A DNA stretch of 63,973 nt, filler included, from Octopus bimaculoides (GCF_001194135.2; 4 parts of 3 records of this genome joined end to end with filler, not necessarily neighbours in it), one strand, 5' to 3'; counted from the first letter of the whole stretch, positions 1 through 10,423 are shown. Program-made: numbers and translations. Notes: generated by a model from the sequence alone, not told the origin.

Positions 1-48
<48 letters not shown>

Positions 49-69
49 TGTATGTATGTATGTATGTAT
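1..69. repeat. (TA)n/(TATG)n microsatellite
   Basis: Directly visible. Confidence 0.95.
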
Positions 70-457
70 AGTACTTACAGAAACGCTTAAGTACTGACTT
101 CTTCAGTGATAATTAGACAAACAAGAAGATGATCTTTTCCTTTGCTTAGTCAGCAGAAGGAAGGGCAATAAGCATGCCCTCTGACATTTCAGCAGAGACC
201 CTTAAAAGCTGAACGGTTGTTGTGGGAGAAAGGGAGGAAGACGCCATCACAACACATGGGTTACTCCAAAATATAACAACATAAAATATTAAGTAATTTT
301 TCTACTACAACACCTGTTTAGAATACATCGTATGTAGTGTACCCCACTAAAAGTACCCGAAATAGTTATCATTTTTTAAAATGTTTATTAGTCATTTATA
401 TTTAGCATTTCTAAATTCATTGGTCCCTTAATGCTACAGCAGCTCTGTACCTTCATC

Positions 458-565
458 CTCACATGGTTGGCCTGAGGCAATAGTAGAAGACACTCGCCCA
501 AGGTACTGCACAGTGGGATTGAACTCAGAACCATGTGGTTGGGAAGCAAACTTCTTACAGCATAC
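458..565 (-). mobile_element. SINE family A (tRNA head + CORE-like segment), degenerate fragment
   Basis: Reverse complement of ...ccacatggttctgagttcaatccc...ccttgggcgagtgtcttctactat..., matching the better copy at 58627-58785. Confidence 0.8.
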
Positions 566-586
566 CCAAGCCTATTCCTATAAATA

Positions 587-594
587 TCTATCTA

Positions 595-677
<83 letters not shown>
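587..677. repeat. (TCTA)/(TCTG)n tetranucleotide microsatellite ending at a gap
   Basis: Directly visible. Confidence 0.95.
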
Positions 678-766
678 NNNNNNNNNNNNNNNNNNNNNNN
701 NNNNNNNNNNNNNNNNNNNNNNNNNNNNNNNNNNNNNNNNNNNNNNNNNNNNNNNNNNNNNNNNNN

Positions 767-819
<53 letters not shown>

Positions 820-884
820 TATACACAAACATACACATATATACACACATGCACATGTATGTATGTATTATATATATTCTTTTA

Positions 885-1240
885 TTCTTTTACTTGTTTC
901 AGTCATTTGACTGTGGCCATGCTGGAGCACCGCCTTCAGTTGAACAAATTGACCCCAGGACTTATTTTTGTAAGCCTAGTGCTTATTCTCTCAGTCTCTT
1001 TTGCCGAACTGCTAAGTTTCGGTGATGTAAACAAGCGATGGTAGGGGAGAAACACAGACACACAAACATATATACATACATACATATATATATGACAGGC
1101 TTCTTTCAGTTTCCATCTACCAAATCCACTCACAAGGCTACAGCAGAAGACACTTTACCTAAGGTGTCACATAGGGTGACTGAACCTAGAACCATGTGGT
1201 TGGGAATGCAAGCTTCTTGCCACACAGACATGCCTGTGCC
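885..1240 (-). mobile_element. SINE family A, near full length (head, internal TA/CA microsatellite, tail)
   Basis: Tail cagtcatttgactgtggccatgctggagcaccgcc, internal microsatellite, and head ttctttcagtttccatctaccaaatccactcacaagg...ccatgtggttggg; matches 58627-59230 in reverse. Confidence 0.85.
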
Positions 1241-1279
1241 TATAATATATATTATATTATATATATATATGTATGTATG

Positions 1280-1500
1280 TGTGTGTGTGTCTTCGTGTTT
1301 GTCCTCCCTGTCACTTGAGAACCAGTGCTGGTTTGTTTATGTCCCTGAAACTTAGCAATTCAACAAAAAGCCATTAGAATTTAGAATAAGTACTAAACTT
1401 TAAAAAAAAAAAGAAATACCAGAGCCAATTTGTTTGACTAAATGCTTCAAGACAGCACTCCAACATGGCCACATTCCAATGGAAGATAGAATGTAAAAGA
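1280..1500 (+). mobile_element. SINE family A tail, degenerate
   Basis: Similar to 59032-59230 (gtttgtcc...aacttagc...aataagtact...ctccaacatggccac). Confidence 0.6.
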
Positions 1501-1947
1501 TTAACATTAACTGTCTGAAGCATGTTCTGTGGTTTGTCAGTTCATAGTTTTATGTAACTGAGAAGGATTTTCATTCTGCTGTTACCATAAAATAACCTAA
1601 CTATGAGCATGTGGTTAGGCATGATTCATGTTGTTCTCTGCTTAATGAGGTTTCTTTTCCCATAAAATACTCATCCAAAGTATATAACCAGGGTGTATAT
1701 ACATTTCCGTTCATTAGAGTAGGAAACCTCATTTGAAAAAGAAAAAGAAAACATTTGTTAATAATACCCTAATAGATTAATATATTAATAGGCCAAGTCA
1801 TGGAATGTACAACTACAAATTCATCCACACCACTAAAAACACACAAACTAGGTAAATTGCAGTTCTATATTTAAGGGATGAGGAATTATGTACATTATTT
1901 ACATTATTTACATTTGGTGGATATTTGTCCTCATCTTGTTTGTTGTT

Positions 1948-1993
1948 AACACAACGTTTTGGCTGATATACGCTCCAGCCTTCTTCAGGTGTC
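1948..1993 (-). ncRNA. Minimal type I hammerhead ribozyme (GAAA changed to AAAA)
   Basis: Minus strand: GACAC CUGAAGA A GGCUG-loop-CAGCC AAA ACGU U GUGUU. Stem I GACAC/GUGUU, stem II 5 bp, palindromic stem III ACGU. Confidence 0.75.
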
Positions 1994-2213
1994 TTGCGGA
2001 AATTTTGAACATGTGTTCTCATTCCTAAGGGCATATGGCGTTGTGGTTAAGAGCGCGGGCTACTATCCCCAAGATTCCAAGTTCGATTCCAAGCAGTGAC
2101 CTGAACACTAACAATAATAATAATAATAATTATAATAATAATAATAATGATAATAATGATAATAATGATAGTCAAGACGAAGAGCGCAATTCGATTGTAA
2201 GATATTTTATTAG

Positions 2214-2256
2214 TTGAAAAATATTTCAACAGTATGTCTGTCTTTGTCAAGTTCAA
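2214..2256 (-). ncRNA. Hammerhead variant with U3:A8 core, one stem I mismatch
   Basis: Minus strand: UUGAAC UUGACAA A GACAG ACAUA CUGUU GAA AUAU U UUUCAA. Confidence 0.6.
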
Positions 2257-2312
2257 AATAAGAAGTGATTAAAATTCAAAATTACAGAATTACAGAAATT
2301 TTATCACTTATT

Positions 2313-2355
2313 TTGAACTTGACAAAGACAGATGTACTGTTGAAATATCGTTCAA
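2313..2355 (+). ncRNA. Minimal type I hammerhead variant with U3:A8 core, fully paired
   Basis: UUGAAC UUGACAA A GACAG AUGUA CUGUU GAA AUAU C GUUCAA. Stem I 6 bp, stem II 5 bp, palindromic stem III AUAU, cleavage triplet AUC. Confidence 0.7.
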
Positions 2356-2627
2356 CTAATAAAATATCTTAGAATCGAATTGTGTTCTTCGTCTTGACTG
2401 TTTACCTTTGTGAAAAGTTACATCAATCCTTTCTTAAAATATAATAATAATAATAATAATAATAATTAATAATAATAATTTCTTTTTCTGTCTTTTTCTT
2501 TTCGCCTGTTATAAAATTGTAACTTAAAAACTGATGATATTATTCCATCATCGTGTGGACGCTGGTTGCTCTCGTTCATACTTTACGTTTAAATTTCTGT
2601 AATTTTGAATTTTTATCACTTCTTATT

Positions 2628-2670
2628 TTGAACTTGACAAAGACAGACGTACTGTTGAAATATCGTTCAA
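2628..2670 (+). ncRNA. Minimal type I hammerhead variant with U3:A8 core, fully paired (second direct copy)
   Basis: UUGAAC UUGACAA A GACAG ACGUA CUGUU GAA AUAU C GUUCAA. Confidence 0.7.
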
Positions 2671-2821
2671 CTAATAAAAGATCTTACAATCGAATTGTGC
2701 TCTTCGTCTTGACTGTTTACCTTTGTGAAAAGTTACGTCGATCCTTTTTAAAATATAATAATAATAATAATAATATTGAAAAATACCTTAGGAATAGACC
2801 TCAGGTTTGAAATTTCCCCAA

Positions 2822-2867
2822 GACACCTGAAGAAGGCTGGAAGGTATATCAGCCGAAATGGTGTGTT
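2822..2867 (+). ncRNA. Minimal type I hammerhead ribozyme with mutated stem III
   Basis: GACAC CUGAAGA A GGCUG-loop-CAGCC GAA AUGG U GUGUU. Combining it with the 1948-1993 and 59518-59545 copies gives a canonical consensus. Confidence 0.7.
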
Positions 2868-2937
2868 AACAACAAACAATATGAGGACAAATATCCATCA
2901 AATGTAAATAATGTAAATAATGTACTATGTAAATTGG

Positions 2938-3095
2938 TTTTCAAATTTTGGCACAAGGTCAACAATTTTGAAGGAAGGAGTTGGTTGTTTACATTAATGC
3001 CAGTGCTCCATTGAAATAAATTTTATCGCCCTGAAAGGATAAAAGACAAAGTTGACCTTGGTGGAGTTTGAACTCAGAATGTAAAAACAGATGAA
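2938..3095 (-). mobile_element. SINE family B, degenerate
   Basis: ttttggcacaagg...gaaaggataaaagacaaagttgaccttggtggagtttgaactcagaa matches the 57180-57387 copy. Confidence 0.75.
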
Positions 3096-3329
3096 ACACT
3101 GAAGTAGTTGTATGCTCTCAACTTAATGTGACAGTCCCCTGAAGGGAATNNNNNNNNNNNNNNNNNNNNNNNNNNNNNNNNNNNNNNNNNNNNNNNNNNN
3201 NNNNNNNNNNNNNNNNNNNNNNNNNNNNNNNNNNNNNNNNNNNNNNNNNCTTCACTTTTCAGCACTGCATTTATATATTTATTTTTGCTGCTGTTGTTTT
3301 AGCAGATGCTGCCCGAGTGATACTATACG

Positions 3330-3512
3330 GCATTTGAAGGCCATCTACACTGATCTCAGGCCTCTACCACCTTCATTTCTTCTTAGGTAGAGCCTGTCAA
3401 CATCACTGTGTTTGTGGAAGTTCCCAGTTGTTGTCAGGATTTTGCAGGTTTTGATATCTATGGAGTAGATTTCCTCTACAGACCAATCAAGTATCCCAAA
3501 TGTTGGAATCAG
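3330..3512 (-). mobile_element. R4/Dong-like non-LTR retrotransposon fragment (post-RT region)
   Basis: Translation MLIPTFGILDWSVEEIYSIDIKTCKILTTTGNFHKHSDVDRLYLRRNEGGRGL contains the H..SD.DRLYL.R..GGRGL motif. Confidence 0.8.
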
Positions 3513-3760
3513 CATGCATGCATGCATGCATGTATGTATGTATGTATGTATGTATGTATGTATGTATGTATGTATGTATGTATGTATGTATGTATGTATG
3601 TCATTATTCAGTTTTATATCAAGATTTCTTGCCAATAAAGAGCCAGTTTCTAACCTAGATCCAAGACTCCTTCATTGGAATTTCAACATCAACAACAGGA
3701 TATTTTTGTGTGTGTGTATGTATGTATGTATGTATGTATGTATTTATGTAAGTATGTATG

Positions 3761-4335
3761 TACAGAGTGTGTAAGGTATTTGAGAACATACCATTTTTTG
3801 TTGCATTTTTTGCTAACTCTGTATAATCTTTGTTTCAGAAAATAATAATAGCAGACTCTCAGCTTACTCAAAGAAAGAAGAGGAATGCTGTTATTGTGGT
3901 TATAAAGGCTGAACATAGTGATTTAGAAATATCTTGATTTTTAAAAGTTGCCAGATCTTTTGTCTACAAAGTTTGTAAGGAGCTAGAGACTGAAGATGGA
4001 AACGTATCACCAGTATCAAAGCATAAAAAGCATTCTAAACGCTCTGAAAACATCAGAACAACTGAATTTATCCAGAAAGTTCAACAGACCATTGATTACA
4101 ATTCCAGAAAGTCCAGGAGGTCAATTGCAAAAGATCTTTATGTGTCAGAAGGAACAGTCAGAAACGTTGTCCATGAAGACATCAGATATAAGTCTATGAT
4201 GAGGAAAGGTTAATTTATCAGAAAAAGCAAAAGAAATTCCCTATATCAGATCTAAAAGGCTTTTAAACAAGTTGAAAAATTCATCAGGTGAAGATTTGAT
4301 TTGGCTTTTCTCAAACGAGAAAAACTTCGACAGAT
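3761..4335 (+). mobile_element. Tc1/mariner (maT/DD37D-like) transposon 5' part, pseudogenised
   Basis: Starts TA|CAGAGTG. Broken translation IKAEHSDLEIS*FLKVARSFVYKV...SRRSIAKDLYVSEGTVRNVVHEDIRYKS...RSKRLLNKLK...WLFSNEKNFD, i.e. HTH region through the first-D motif F(S)DEK.F. Confidence 0.8.
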
Positions 4336-4339
4336 TTTT

Positions 4340-4524
4340 ACAGTTCCACTGATGGCTTGGGTCTGTAATCTTCGAATTAGCTTTCTCCTTTCTGGCATTG
4401 AGAAGTTTAATTTCTCAAGATTGATATTTAGGCAGTGTGTTACATATCCCAGTGCCCAAATAATTACATGTATAAACCTGAACTTATCTGGATAGAGTAA
4501 CTGCAGATTTCTCAATAGTTCAGC

Positions 4525-4530
<6 letters not shown>
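4340..4530 (-). mobile_element. R4/Dong-like LINE C-terminal (restriction-like endonuclease end) fragment
   Basis: YAELLRNLQLLYPDKFRFIHVIIWALGYVTHCLNINLEKLNF...IRRLQTQAISG resembles the Y..L...L..L...PI.IGALG...L..LQ..A..G terminus. Confidence 0.65.
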
Positions 4531-4555
<25 letters not shown>

Positions 4556-5114
4556 TGTATGTATGTATGTATGTATGTATGTGTGTATGTATGTATGTGT
4601 GTATGTATGTATGTATACTTGTATAGATGCATCTATGTATGTAAATATGTATGTGTGTATGTAAGTACACATATATACATATGCATGTATGTATGCATGT
4701 ATGTATGNNNNNNNNNNNNNNNNNNNNNNNNNNNNNNNNNNNNNNNNNNNNNNNNNNNNNNNNNNNNNNNNNNNNNNNNNNNNNNNNNNNNNNNNNNNNN
4801 NNNNNNNNNNNNNNNNNNNNNNNNNNNNNNNNNNNNNNNNNNNNNNNNNNNNNNNNNNNNNNNNNNNNNNNNNNNNNNNNNNNNNNNNNNNNNNNNNNNN
4901 NNNNNNNNNNNNNNNNNNNNNNNNNNNNNNNNNNNNNNNNNNNNNNNNNNNNNNNNNNNNNNNNNNNNNNNNNNNNNNNNNNNNNNNNNNNNNNNNNNNN
5001 NNNNNNNNNNNNNNNNNNNNNNNNNNNNNNNNNNNNNNNNNNNNNNNNNNNNNNNNNNNNNNNNNNNNNNNNNNNNNNNNNNNNNNNNNNNNNNNNNNNN
5101 NCACACACACACAC

Positions 5115-5159
<45 letters not shown>

Positions 5160-5161
<2 letters not shown>

Positions 5162-5310
5162 CGAAGAGCTTCTTCCAGTTTCCGTCTACCAAATCCACTC
5201 ACAAGGCTTTGGCCGGCCCGAGGCTATAGTAGAAGACACTTGCCCAAGGTGCCATGCAGTGGGGACTGAACCCAGGACCATGTGGTAGGTAAGCAAGCTA
5301 CTTACCACAC
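5160..5310 (-). mobile_element. SINE family A head abutting a microsatellite and gap
   Basis: gcttcttccagtttccgtctaccaaatccactcacaaggc...cttgcccaaggtgccatgcagtggggactgaacc...ccatgtgg. Confidence 0.9.
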
Positions 5311-5688
5311 GGGTTTATATATGTACGTACATATGTTTGTATGTAAGGGTATATAAATATAAAATTTCCTGACATTCTTTATCACAATGCTACACAATAA
5401 CAAGCGATACAATGCTGCATAATATATCACCATGTATAATGATAATAATAATGATGACGACAACAACAACAACAAAAATAAATGCCTTTTGTTATTCAAT
5501 CCACCCAACTCTGTTTGTTCAGTGATTAAATATGGTAAGAAATATCATATATTTGGTTACAAATAACCCCAGAAGTTTTGGGTCTGAACCTTCGAGAATA
5601 TTCTCTCAGCTGATAATACGATACCGCAAGACACAATACCAAATATGAAGGTTGTTGTACTATAATCAGGTTAGTGTAAAAGTCCTGT

Positions 5689-5689
5689 T

Positions 5690-5763
<74 letters not shown>

Positions 5764-5778
5764 TGTTGTTGTTGTTTA
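5689..5778. repeat. (TAG)n followed by (TTG)n trinucleotide microsatellite
   Basis: Directly visible. Confidence 0.95.
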
Positions 5779-6035
5779 ACTGTGATCCAGCAGATATATA
5801 TTCAAAGGTAAGATCCAACCATGACCATCCTGTTGGTTTAGTAATTTTATTGTTGTTGGTAATGTTGTTATAGTGGTGGTATTTTGTTTTTCACAAACTG
5901 TGTAGTTTAGTATTTTTTAAACCTTTTTTGTTTTTTTAACCTGTTTTTGTCATTAGGATCGAACTCAGAATGTTGAGACCCAAAATAAGTGCTGCAAAGT
6001 AACTTTTTTGACACTAACAATTCTGCCAACGCACC

Positions 6036-6037
<2 letters not shown>

Positions 6038-6086
<49 letters not shown>

Positions 6087-6240
6087 CCTTTCTACTAAAG
6101 GCACAATGTCTGAAATTTTGGGGAGAGGTGGTAAGTCAATTACATCGACCCCAGTGTGTAACTGGTACTTAATTTATCGACCCCAAAAGGATGAGAGGCA
6201 AAGTCGACCTCAGCGGAATACCACTGAATCTGAAAAAAAT
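6038..6240 (-). mobile_element. SINE family B with (ATT)n tail
   Basis: (AAT)n, then cctttctactaaaggcacaa...catcgaccccagtgtgtaactggtacttaatttatcgacccc. Confidence 0.85.
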
Positions 6241-6421
6241 ATCTGAAAACCTTAGAAATACGCTACAATCTAGATGTATTGCAAAAGTCAGCATTTCTTG
6301 GAACTGCACGCATATTGTCTGTGTGAGGTCCTTGTTATGACTTGACAAACAGTACAAACCCCCAGTAGACACAATATCTTCAACCAACAACCTCACAATA
6401 TTGTATACTGTGCGACGTCTA

Positions 6422-6422
6422 C

Positions 6423-6471
<49 letters not shown>

Positions 6472-6655
6472 TTGTTTCTACTAAATGCACAAGGCCTGAA
6501 ATTTTGAGGGAAAGGGTAAGTCAATTACATCGACCCCAGTACTCAACTGGTACTTAATTTATCGACCCTGAAAGAATGAAATGCAAAGTCAACCTCAGCA
6601 GAATTTGAACTCAGAACATAGCAACAGGAAAAATACAGCTAAGCATTTCATCCAA
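6422..6655 (-). mobile_element. SINE family B with (ATT)n tail
   Basis: Same pattern as the 6038-6240 copy. Confidence 0.85.
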
Positions 6656-6819
6656 CNNNNNNNNNNAGTCAATTATATTGACACCACCCCACAGAAGAAA
6701 AAAAAAAACAGGATGAAAGATAAAGCTGACTTTAGTAAAATTTGAACTCAAAAGATAAAGATGGATGAACCAATAATAATAATGATGATGATGATGGAGT
6801 CTCCCATCATAAACGACTT

Positions 6820-7030
6820 ACGAGCAATCAGCTTTTGCTGAACGACCTGCACAAATGATTTGCTTTTATAATGATCAACTATTTATGCTGCACATTATCT
6901 CACTCTCTCCATCAAATCGATGTTATGTGCACAGGTGTGCCATGCATCAGGTGTTAAAGCAATCACTGAGCAAATGAGATGAAGTGTTTTGCTCAAGAAC
7001 ACAATGCACCACCTGGTCTAGGAATTAACC
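6820..7030 (-). mobile_element. SINE family C-like fragment (CORE/V-like gtgttcttgagcaa)
   Basis: gaagtgttttgctcaagaacacaatgcacc, also seen at 53648-53690. Confidence 0.65.
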
Positions 7031-7034
7031 AACT

Positions 7035-7585
7035 TATCAGTGGTAGCGGTTGTTCTAAAAGCATAGCTGCTAGAATAAGAATAGACTGGGCAAAATTCAG
7101 AGAGGTTCTATCTCTGTTAGTAACAAAGGGCCGCTCTCTCTCAGAGTGAAAGGCAGATTGTACGATGCCTGTGTGCATACAGCTATGCTACATGGCTGTG
7201 AGACATGTGGCTGCTGAGGAAATGCAAAGGCTTGAAAGGAATGAGGCCAGCATGCCCTGCTGGATGGGTAATGTCAGTGTGTATGCATGACAGAGTGTAA
7301 AAGGTTTAAAAGGAGAACTGTGTACATGAGGCTTCACATGTAGTGTGCAAGAAAGAAGACTGTGCTGACATGGTCATGTGATGCATGTGGATGAAGACAG
7401 TTGCATCAAGAGTTGTTGATCTCTAATTGTGGAAGGAACATGTGGAAGGGGTAGAGTTAGGAAGATGTGGGATGAAGTGGTGAGAAAGGGTCTTCAGATG
7501 CTGGGCTTCACAGAGGGGATGACAGGGAACTGAGATTTTTGGTGGTTTGCTGTGTTTGAGAAGACCCATCAAGCTAAGTAAATAC
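7035..7585 (+). mobile_element. RTE-clade LINE 3' ORF fragment, pseudogenised
   Basis: SIAARIRIDWAKFREVLSLL...RVKGRLYDACVHTAMLHGCETW...LERNEASM...ERRLC*HGHVM...RGRVRKMWDEVV fits the RTE thumb/C-terminus pattern. Confidence 0.85.
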
Positions 7586-7776
7586 ATGGCCATCCTTGCA
7601 TACAGGCAGGTCCCTCGCATCCCTCAGAACATAACACACTGCTTGGTCTGGGAAGTGAACCCATGATTTGGCAATTGTGATGCAACACCCAAACTACTAG
7701 GCCACGCACCTTCATCTGATATAATAAGGATAAAAATGATAAATAATAATGGTAACCGGCAACCTGGTTGCTCAAC

Positions 7777-7809
<33 letters not shown>

Positions 7810-7944
7810 TTATATAATGATACAAGTGTGATAGGCAAAAAACTAGCTATTGAAGATGAACGCATTATTAAGTATAGGTATAAATCTCTTGTTACTAAAT
7901 ATGTGGTTGGTATGAATATTAATAATAATAATAATAATAATAGG

Positions 7945-8850
7945 ATGGAATAAAATCCAAGCAGTTAATACATGGGTGATAGCATCACTTTGGTATGGAG
8001 TGGGAATTACAAAATAGCAAAAGAGAGAAGTGAAGAAAATGGACACCAAGACCAGAAGAATGTTGACAGTACACGGAGCCTGCCACCCTAAGAGTGACAC
8101 CGATAGGCTGTACTTGTCCAGAAGAAAGGGTGGGAGAGGTTTGATAAGTTGACAGGACTATATCAAAGCAGAGGAAAACAGCTGAGGGTGGTATATAAAA
8201 AATGCCATGGAGTCACTGTTGAAACACACAACAAAGGCCAGCGTAATCAAAACTGAAAATTGTGTAACTAAAGAAAGATTTGAACAAGAAGTGAACAACA
8301 AAAAAATAAAATGTGTGGAAGGAAAAGAAAATGTACTGTCAGCTTGAAAGAGATGTGAATGTGAAGACAGATACAGAGGGCCAGTGGCTATGGGTGAGGA
8401 GGAGGGACCTGAAGATAGAGACAGAAATACTCATATGTGCAGCTTAGGAACAAGCGTTAAGGACCGACTATATAAAGTACAGAATAGACAACACTACCTA
8501 TAGTGACAAATGCAGAATGTGTGGTGAGAGGGGTGAAACAGTATGTTAGCGAATGCCTGAAATTGGCACAACACCAATACAAAAGGCGCCATGATAGTGT
8601 GGCAAGAATGATCCATTGGGAGCTCTGTGGAAATCATGTCCTACAAAGAGCAAAGACCTGGGATGAGCAAACTCCAGAAGGAGTCACCAAAAATGAGAAT
8701 TGCAAAATCTTGTGGGCTGCAATGATCCGGCGCGATCATCTGACCAGACTTCGAAAAGCGGACATTGATGTGGTAAATAAAAAAGAAAGAACATGTATGA
8801 TAATCAAACATAACATGCACAGGATCAATGTGAAAGAAGAAAAGAAAATA
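7945..8850 (+). mobile_element. R4/Dong-like LINE fragment (post-RT, CCHC finger, start of REL endonuclease)
   Basis: IQAVNTW...CHPKSDTDRLYLSRRKGGRGLIS...KCRMCGERGET...SECLKLAQHQYKRRHDSVARMIHWELC...NENCKILW...ADIDVVNKKERTCMII. Confidence 0.88.
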
Positions 8851-8919
8851 CCACTGCAACATTGAAATTGTTGCCTCATCATCATCATCATCATCGTTTA
8901 ACATCCATCTTGAGGTCAA

Positions 8920-9762
8920 TTCAGTATGTCATCAAGTACACACTGAAAGGAAATGACCAGGCTGCTGTTCAAATAAACAATGATAATGAAGTTAGTCAAT
9001 ATCTAACTAGTAGGTATATTGAACCATCCTAAGCAGTTGCATCCATTTTATGATTTTCAATTCATGAAAGATCACCTGCAATAGTGAGACAACAAGTTCA
9101 TCTCCCAGATGAACAAAGAATATTGCTCAGAAATAATGAGGATATATTGACCCATCAAGCCAAGCAAAATCGCAGTCGTGGCAGATACCAGTGTCATGCA
9201 AATTGGCACCCATGCTGGTGGCACATAAACGCACCTCAGTGTCATGCAAGTGGCACTCATGTCGGTGGCACGTAAAAGCACCCATTACACTCTCAGAGTG
9301 GTTGGCATTAGGAAGGGTATCCAGCCATAGAAAACCATGCCAGCCCAGTCAAACTGTCCAACCCATGCCAGCATGGACGATGGATGTTAAATGATGATGA
9401 TGATGATATATGGCTGTCAATGAACAAGATACGAGAACAACATTGACAGAATTCTTTTCATTGTGCATCAATGATGACTTTGCAAAAACATTGCTTTAAG
9501 CTGAAGAATCCATGTATTTCATTTGGAAAAGTAGTAACAAAGAATAGCAAAGAAGAAATCCAGGAAAAGCAATTGAAGGCCATTTGACCATTTTCAAAGA
9601 AGAAACACTTGGTTATGTTTATGTTGTCACACCAAAGGCAGGAGAACTGTGGTTTATTTAAGAATTTTATTTTATTGAAAAGAGTATTTTTTCCTTTCCT
9701 GTCGCTCAACATTTCCATTTTGGGGTGGTTGTGACCCAATGGGTCATGGCGGGTACATCTAG
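8920..9762 (+). mobile_element. Helitron remnant: Rep-region fragment plus 3' terminus (hairpin + CTAG|T)
   Basis: YVIKYTLKGNDQA...NEVSQYLTSRYI...IHERSPAIVRQQVHLPDEQRI, then TTLTEFFSLCINDDFAKTLL*...LGYVYVVTP. These match Helitron RepHel motifs KY..KG.D, DEI..Y...RY, HER.P.V..L.VHL and TTLT.FF.LC..D.FA.TLLY. Hairpin tgaccc-aat-gggtca at 9732-9746; CTAG at 9759-9762. Confidence 0.85.
9150..9407 (+). mobile_element. RTE LINE/SINE 3' UTR with (GAT)n tail inserted in the Helitron
   Basis: Starts cccatcaagccaagcaaaat, like the end of the RTE at 7565. Contains ggttggcattaggaagggtatccagcc and ends acccatgccagcatgga...gttaaatgatgatgat. Confidence 0.85.
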
Positions 9763-10423
9763 TACATATATATTTATATATATTACAATGAATATGGAGA
9801 TTAATAAATCTGCATTTTTTTTTCTACAGTCATTTATACATTATATTTGATTTAAATGTAACCGATGCACATTTCTGCTGCATCGACATCTCACATTTGC
9901 ATTTGCACTCAGTTTCTTTCATCTGGCTGATAGTTAGTCTGTGCAATTTTATTCAAGGCCCATCCACTCATGTGGTCTGAAGTGAACTAAGTCTCTGTGG
10001 GTTTAGCTAGCATTATAATTGGTAGGTCACTCTAGATTTTGAGTGCAAACAATGTGAAGGGAAGACTTGTAAACCTGAGACGGCTCTAAAAACTGCTATG
10101 AGGTTGACTCTACCTGACCCTAGGTTTGAATTTCAAATTGAAAATATTAGATCCTCAATTAGGCCAAAGTATATTTTTTAAAAACTCTAGCCTTAGGTGG
10201 ATTATGAATTAGTGAGTCTCAGATATTGCATGCAATTACGGGTTAGTAATTCAGATACAATTAAACGTATGAAATATGTAGAATTTATTTGTGAGACCAA
10301 TTTGAATTTTTCTTTGAATAATCAAGTTTTAATTTACATGTAGTTTTGTCGTTGCAAGAATTTTGAAATATTTTGTTGTACATGTGGCAGATATTGATCA
10401 TTACTTGATATGGGTGAGCTCGT

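Larger units (their letters stand above)
1890..2925 (+). mobile_element. Composite non-autonomous element: inverted tail copy (1890-2030), tRNA-like head (2035-2105), (AAT)n, nested HHR unit, HHR-bearing tail (2787-2925)
   Basis: 1890-2030 is the reverse complement of 2787-2925. A-box tggcgttgtgg at 2036-2046; B-box gttcgattcc at 2081-2090. Hammerhead motifs occur in both arms. Confidence 0.75.

Noticed and set aside
2035-2105. Functional tRNA gene
   Set aside because: A and B boxes are present, but no acceptor stem or cloverleaf forms; treated as a SINE head.
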